A stretch of 64,000 bases of DNA from the human T2T-CHM13v2.0 reference genome, Homo sapiens. The stretch is taken from NCBI RefSeq assembly GCF_009914755.1, contig NC_060928.1; one strand, 5' to 3'. Numbering within the stretch: the stretch's first letter is position 1; every line of letters begins with the position of its first letter. The position numbers were made by a program, and so were the translations under genes. Shown here one piece after another: positions 60,348 to 64,000 of the stretch. The notes beneath the pieces are model-generated. The model ran no database searches. It worked only from the letters and a program-made list of their open reading frames with translations, and was not told the origin of the DNA.

Positions 60348-62439
60348 GATACTTACATTTAACTACTCCCCAAACCTTAGAGCTTGTTCATCAGAAATGT
60401 TTGTTACTTTAGTTTCCTCTTTTTTCCTCACAACTATTGAAATTGTTCATAAGCTAGAATTTAATTTGCAGAATTATATGCCAGAAAAAGTATAGAAGAA
60501 AAAGTACAATTAAAAGAAACTGTGAGATAAATTAATATGCTTTGATGACATAAAATAGTGTGAGGGAACTAACAAAAGAATAAAGATAATTTTTGGAGGT
60601 AAATGAATACTTCCAGTGACATTTGAATAATGGAAGCAAATAAAAAAGATAAAACAAAATTGAGAATGAGTTAAACTTTATTTGATAAGATAAAGAAATA
60701 CACATTAGAAGAGACATCAAAAGAAGAAAGAATGGATCTGTCTATACTGCCTACACTATACAGTACTCCAGGTTTTGTTGCAAATGTTTTCTTATTTATT
60801 TCACCTTACCATCTTTTAACTTAGCTATCGGTGTCCCTATTTTATTGTAAACAAAACTACGTCTTTGAGCTATCAAGCTACTTCCTTAAGTAACATCACA
60901 ACTAAGTAACGAAGTTGGAATTCAAGCAAGATTATTGTAATAAAAAAACTCAATGTTATTTTTTCTCATATCTGTAAATGTAAAAATTAAGATGCTTGAA
61001 ACAAAATATTCAATTTTTTAAAATTAATTTTAAGTATGCAAAAAACATATAGTGAACCCACTTAAAATCCTAGCAAAGTTTTCCATGATACATTGTATTT
61101 TTATATCAGTCATGAGCATTATATATTCATGTAAATTCTGGACAAATTTTCTTATGATTTCCAAATAAAAAATTATACATAATATATAAATATTAAACTT
61201 TAAATGTTATGCATGCACATTTAAACATTAGTCATTTTAAGTGAACTTAATTTTGTAATTTAGAGCATTCAAAATGTCACATTTTGCTTCATTTTATTTT
61301 TATACATCAATCCTAACCAAGTGCTATTGCTTTGCAGTAGGCACAGGTAGAGATGTTTTTAGTGTTTTTAAATTTGAAATCAGTTGGGTATCTTGAAAAT
61401 ATGTCTGTTCTTTATTGCAAAAATTATGTAAATTAGGAGATTTAAAGTATCAGTAGCATTTTAAAAATCTCTTACTTTTATGACAAATAATAATCCCCTT
61501 CAATTTTCATTTTCTCACTTATTACACAGTTGATTAAAAGGGAAGGCAAGCATTAGGTGTGTATTGTTCTGTGCTATTACCAATAGTATGCTATCTCATG
61601 GGTTCCAATATTTTTCAAAAGTAATAAAATTGTTTGGTTGCCTTGTTATGTATCTCTTAAGTCAGGTAGATATCTAATATAGAAAAAATATAATTAGATA
61701 CCCTTCGTCAGAGAGTAAATCATTCCTTCAGTGAAACTTTTAAACAACCTACCATGTGATGTTTTCTGTAACAGAAAGTGGTGAACAAAATTTCCACAGT
61801 CACCGCTCTTAAAACTCATACTGGGTAACATAGATATACAAAAATATTGCAATAATTATTTAAATAATTATGTTTGTTTATGCTTTAAAGGAGTACATAC
61901 AGGATTTTGTATAAGCCTAAATCCAGGAAAACTAACTTAGCCTTTCGATGGAAAAAAAAAAAAAGGCTCCTTCAGGTAATATTATTTAAAATTAGACCTG
62001 AATGATTAGAAAGGGTTAACTACATAAAGAGAAGAAAGCCAAAACTTTCAGACACGTGAACAGTCAAGGTGAGAGAAAGCAAGATGGATTTTACTACTGA
62101 AGGAAGAAAAACATGATGGGTTATAGATATTGCAGGAAGCCCAAAATGGCTTGAGAAAAGAATACAAATGAAGGACTGAGGCGAAATGGCTTAGGCAACA
62201 TGAGAAGAGCTCAAGTCATGCAAGAAATCCTAGGGTCTATTTGGATCTAGGAAAATCCTATAGGATTTATAAGATTTTCACTTAAATCAACACTGGATAT
62301 CTATTGAAGAGTGTTATATCAAGGGGTGACATGATGAGGCTTACATGTTAAGAAGTGTACATTGGGTTGGGGTAGGGGAATAAGGTGCTATGTGAAGGCC
62401 AATTATAATACTACTACTATTGCTGTTTCTAAAGTGGTG

Positions 62440-62845
62440 CTGTGGTAATGAACTTATACAGAGATTCCCTAGCTAAGGATATTCTAGTTTTCATCATCTC
62501 AAATTGAAGCACTATTATGCCAAGAGCTTGCACACAGCTAAATAAACTTAACCAGGTTTCTTGGCTGTTAAGCAGAGTCATGTGACTGGGTTCTAGCCAA
62601 TGAAATACCTGTGAGAGTGATTGGCACCTCTTCCAGTCTTTGCTCATAAAACTATCCCACATGTGCTCCTCCCTGCTTCTCCACAGGAAATGTAGCAAAC
62701 TGATGACTATGGCAGAGCCCATATCAGGCAGAATCACTGACAATTTTTTTTTTTAACCTGTCCAGTATTATGAAGAGAGCAAGAAGTTTTCTATTGTGTG
62801 ACACATTTAGGGCCTACTTGTTACATCAGTGCTAACTAATACATG
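62440..62845 (+). mobile_element. Old MLT1 (I/J-like) LTR
   Basis: 'catgtgactgggttctagccaatgaaat...gagagcaagaa...ctattgtgt...cttgttaca...ctaataca'. Confidence 0.55.
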
Positions 62846-63081
62846 AATTTGGATTTAATTTTAAAAATCAGTTTATTTTGTACACAACTTTAAAATAGCT
62901 GAAGTTATTTGGTTATATGCCACTTAATTTTTGTTTTCTCTAAGCTAATAATTATCAATTATATAAGCTATTTTTTATTAATTATAGTGGCAAAGCACTT
63001 CACTATGCTGTTTACATGTATTGTTCACAATATGCTTTTATGATATTTGCCAAAAATCAGCTTCACTGAGACATAATATAT

Positions 63082-63539
63082 TGTACCAGTTTCTTAAAAC
63101 TGCCATCGAAGATTAACACAAACTGCATGGCTTAACAAGAGAAATTTATTCTTTCACATTTCTGGAGGCTGGAAATTTGAAATCAAGATGTCAGCAAGTT
63201 TGGTTCTTTCTGGAGGTTTTGACGACAAATTTGTTCATATTTCTTTCCTAGCTCCTGGTGTTCCTGAGCAATCTCTGGCACTCCTTAGCTGGCAGTGACA
63301 TCATTCCAAGTTTTCTCTCTCTTATAACATGACATTCTCCCTGGTCATCTCTGTATCCATGTGTCTTCACATAGCCTTCTTATAAGGACACCAGTCATTG
63401 GTCACCCTAATCTAGTATAACCTCATCTTAGCTTGATCATATCTACAAATATATTATTTGCAAATAATGTCACATTCACAGGTACCAGAGGTTAGAGCTT
63501 CTAACATCTCTTTTTGGAAAGCCAATTCAACTGAAAACA
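63082..63539 (-). mobile_element. MLT1C-like LTR inserted in an old L1 3' end (L1 at ~63050-63081 and 63540-63900)
   Basis: 'gaaatttattct...ttctggaggctggaa...cttcttataaggacaccagtcattgg...gtcacattcacaggtacc'. TSD TATA(T/C). Confidence 0.8.
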
Positions 63540-64000
63540 TATACATACAACAAAATCTACAAATTATAAAAATGCTATGTTTGAACTCTGGCAAAGAAAA
63601 ACCTTGATATAAGTGCCATCCTATTTATGTTATGGAATACTTTAATCACCCCCAACACTCCTGACACTTTGCAATCAGTGTGCCACCTCCAACCACCGTA
63701 CCTCAAAATCACTAATCTGTTTTCCCTCACTAGTTTTGCCTTCTAGCATGTCACATTAATGGAATCATACATTATAACATATTTTATGTCTGGCTTCTGT
63801 CACTTAGACAATGTTTTTAAGATTCATTCATGTTTTTGCATGTATCTAAAACGAGTGCCTTTTGTTACTAAGTTTCCCTTTATATCTACTGCAGTTTTTT
63901 GTCTTTTCACCCATGCATGGAAATTTTGTGGCATACATCTGGGTATGGCTTCCATATCACCCTCACCGGACTTAGGGGCAAGGAAAACTGATGAGAATAT

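Overview
This is AT-rich primate nuclear DNA (human or great-ape-like, judged from L1PA3-type elements, AluY/AluS and MLT2A1/HERV-L), from an intergenic region or a large intron. I found no host protein-coding exon, tRNA, rRNA or CRISPR array. Every long ORF comes from L1, HERV-L, Alu or a tandem repeat. Main contents: (1) a three-level nest at 0.6-2.9 kb, L1PA3-like inside an ERVL-type LTR inside a MER67-like LTR; (2) nine near-full-length Alus plus one short 5'-truncated Alu; (3) a MER52-family solo LTR (30594-33516) carrying a 980-bp, substitution-free minisatellite built from two units with higher-order structure, flanked by retained CpGs; (4) a 4.4-kb 5'-inverted (twin-primed) L1PA3-like element with a 13-bp TSD and an intact-looking endonuclease ORF; (5) an RNY1 (hY1) retropseudogene; (6) a 3'-truncated HERV-L provirus with an MLT2A1 LTR and tRNA-Leu PBS. 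I see no convincing new biological system; the MER52 minisatellite is the best candidate for follow-up. Subfamily names come from recalled consensus sequences and need RepeatMasker/Dfam confirmation.
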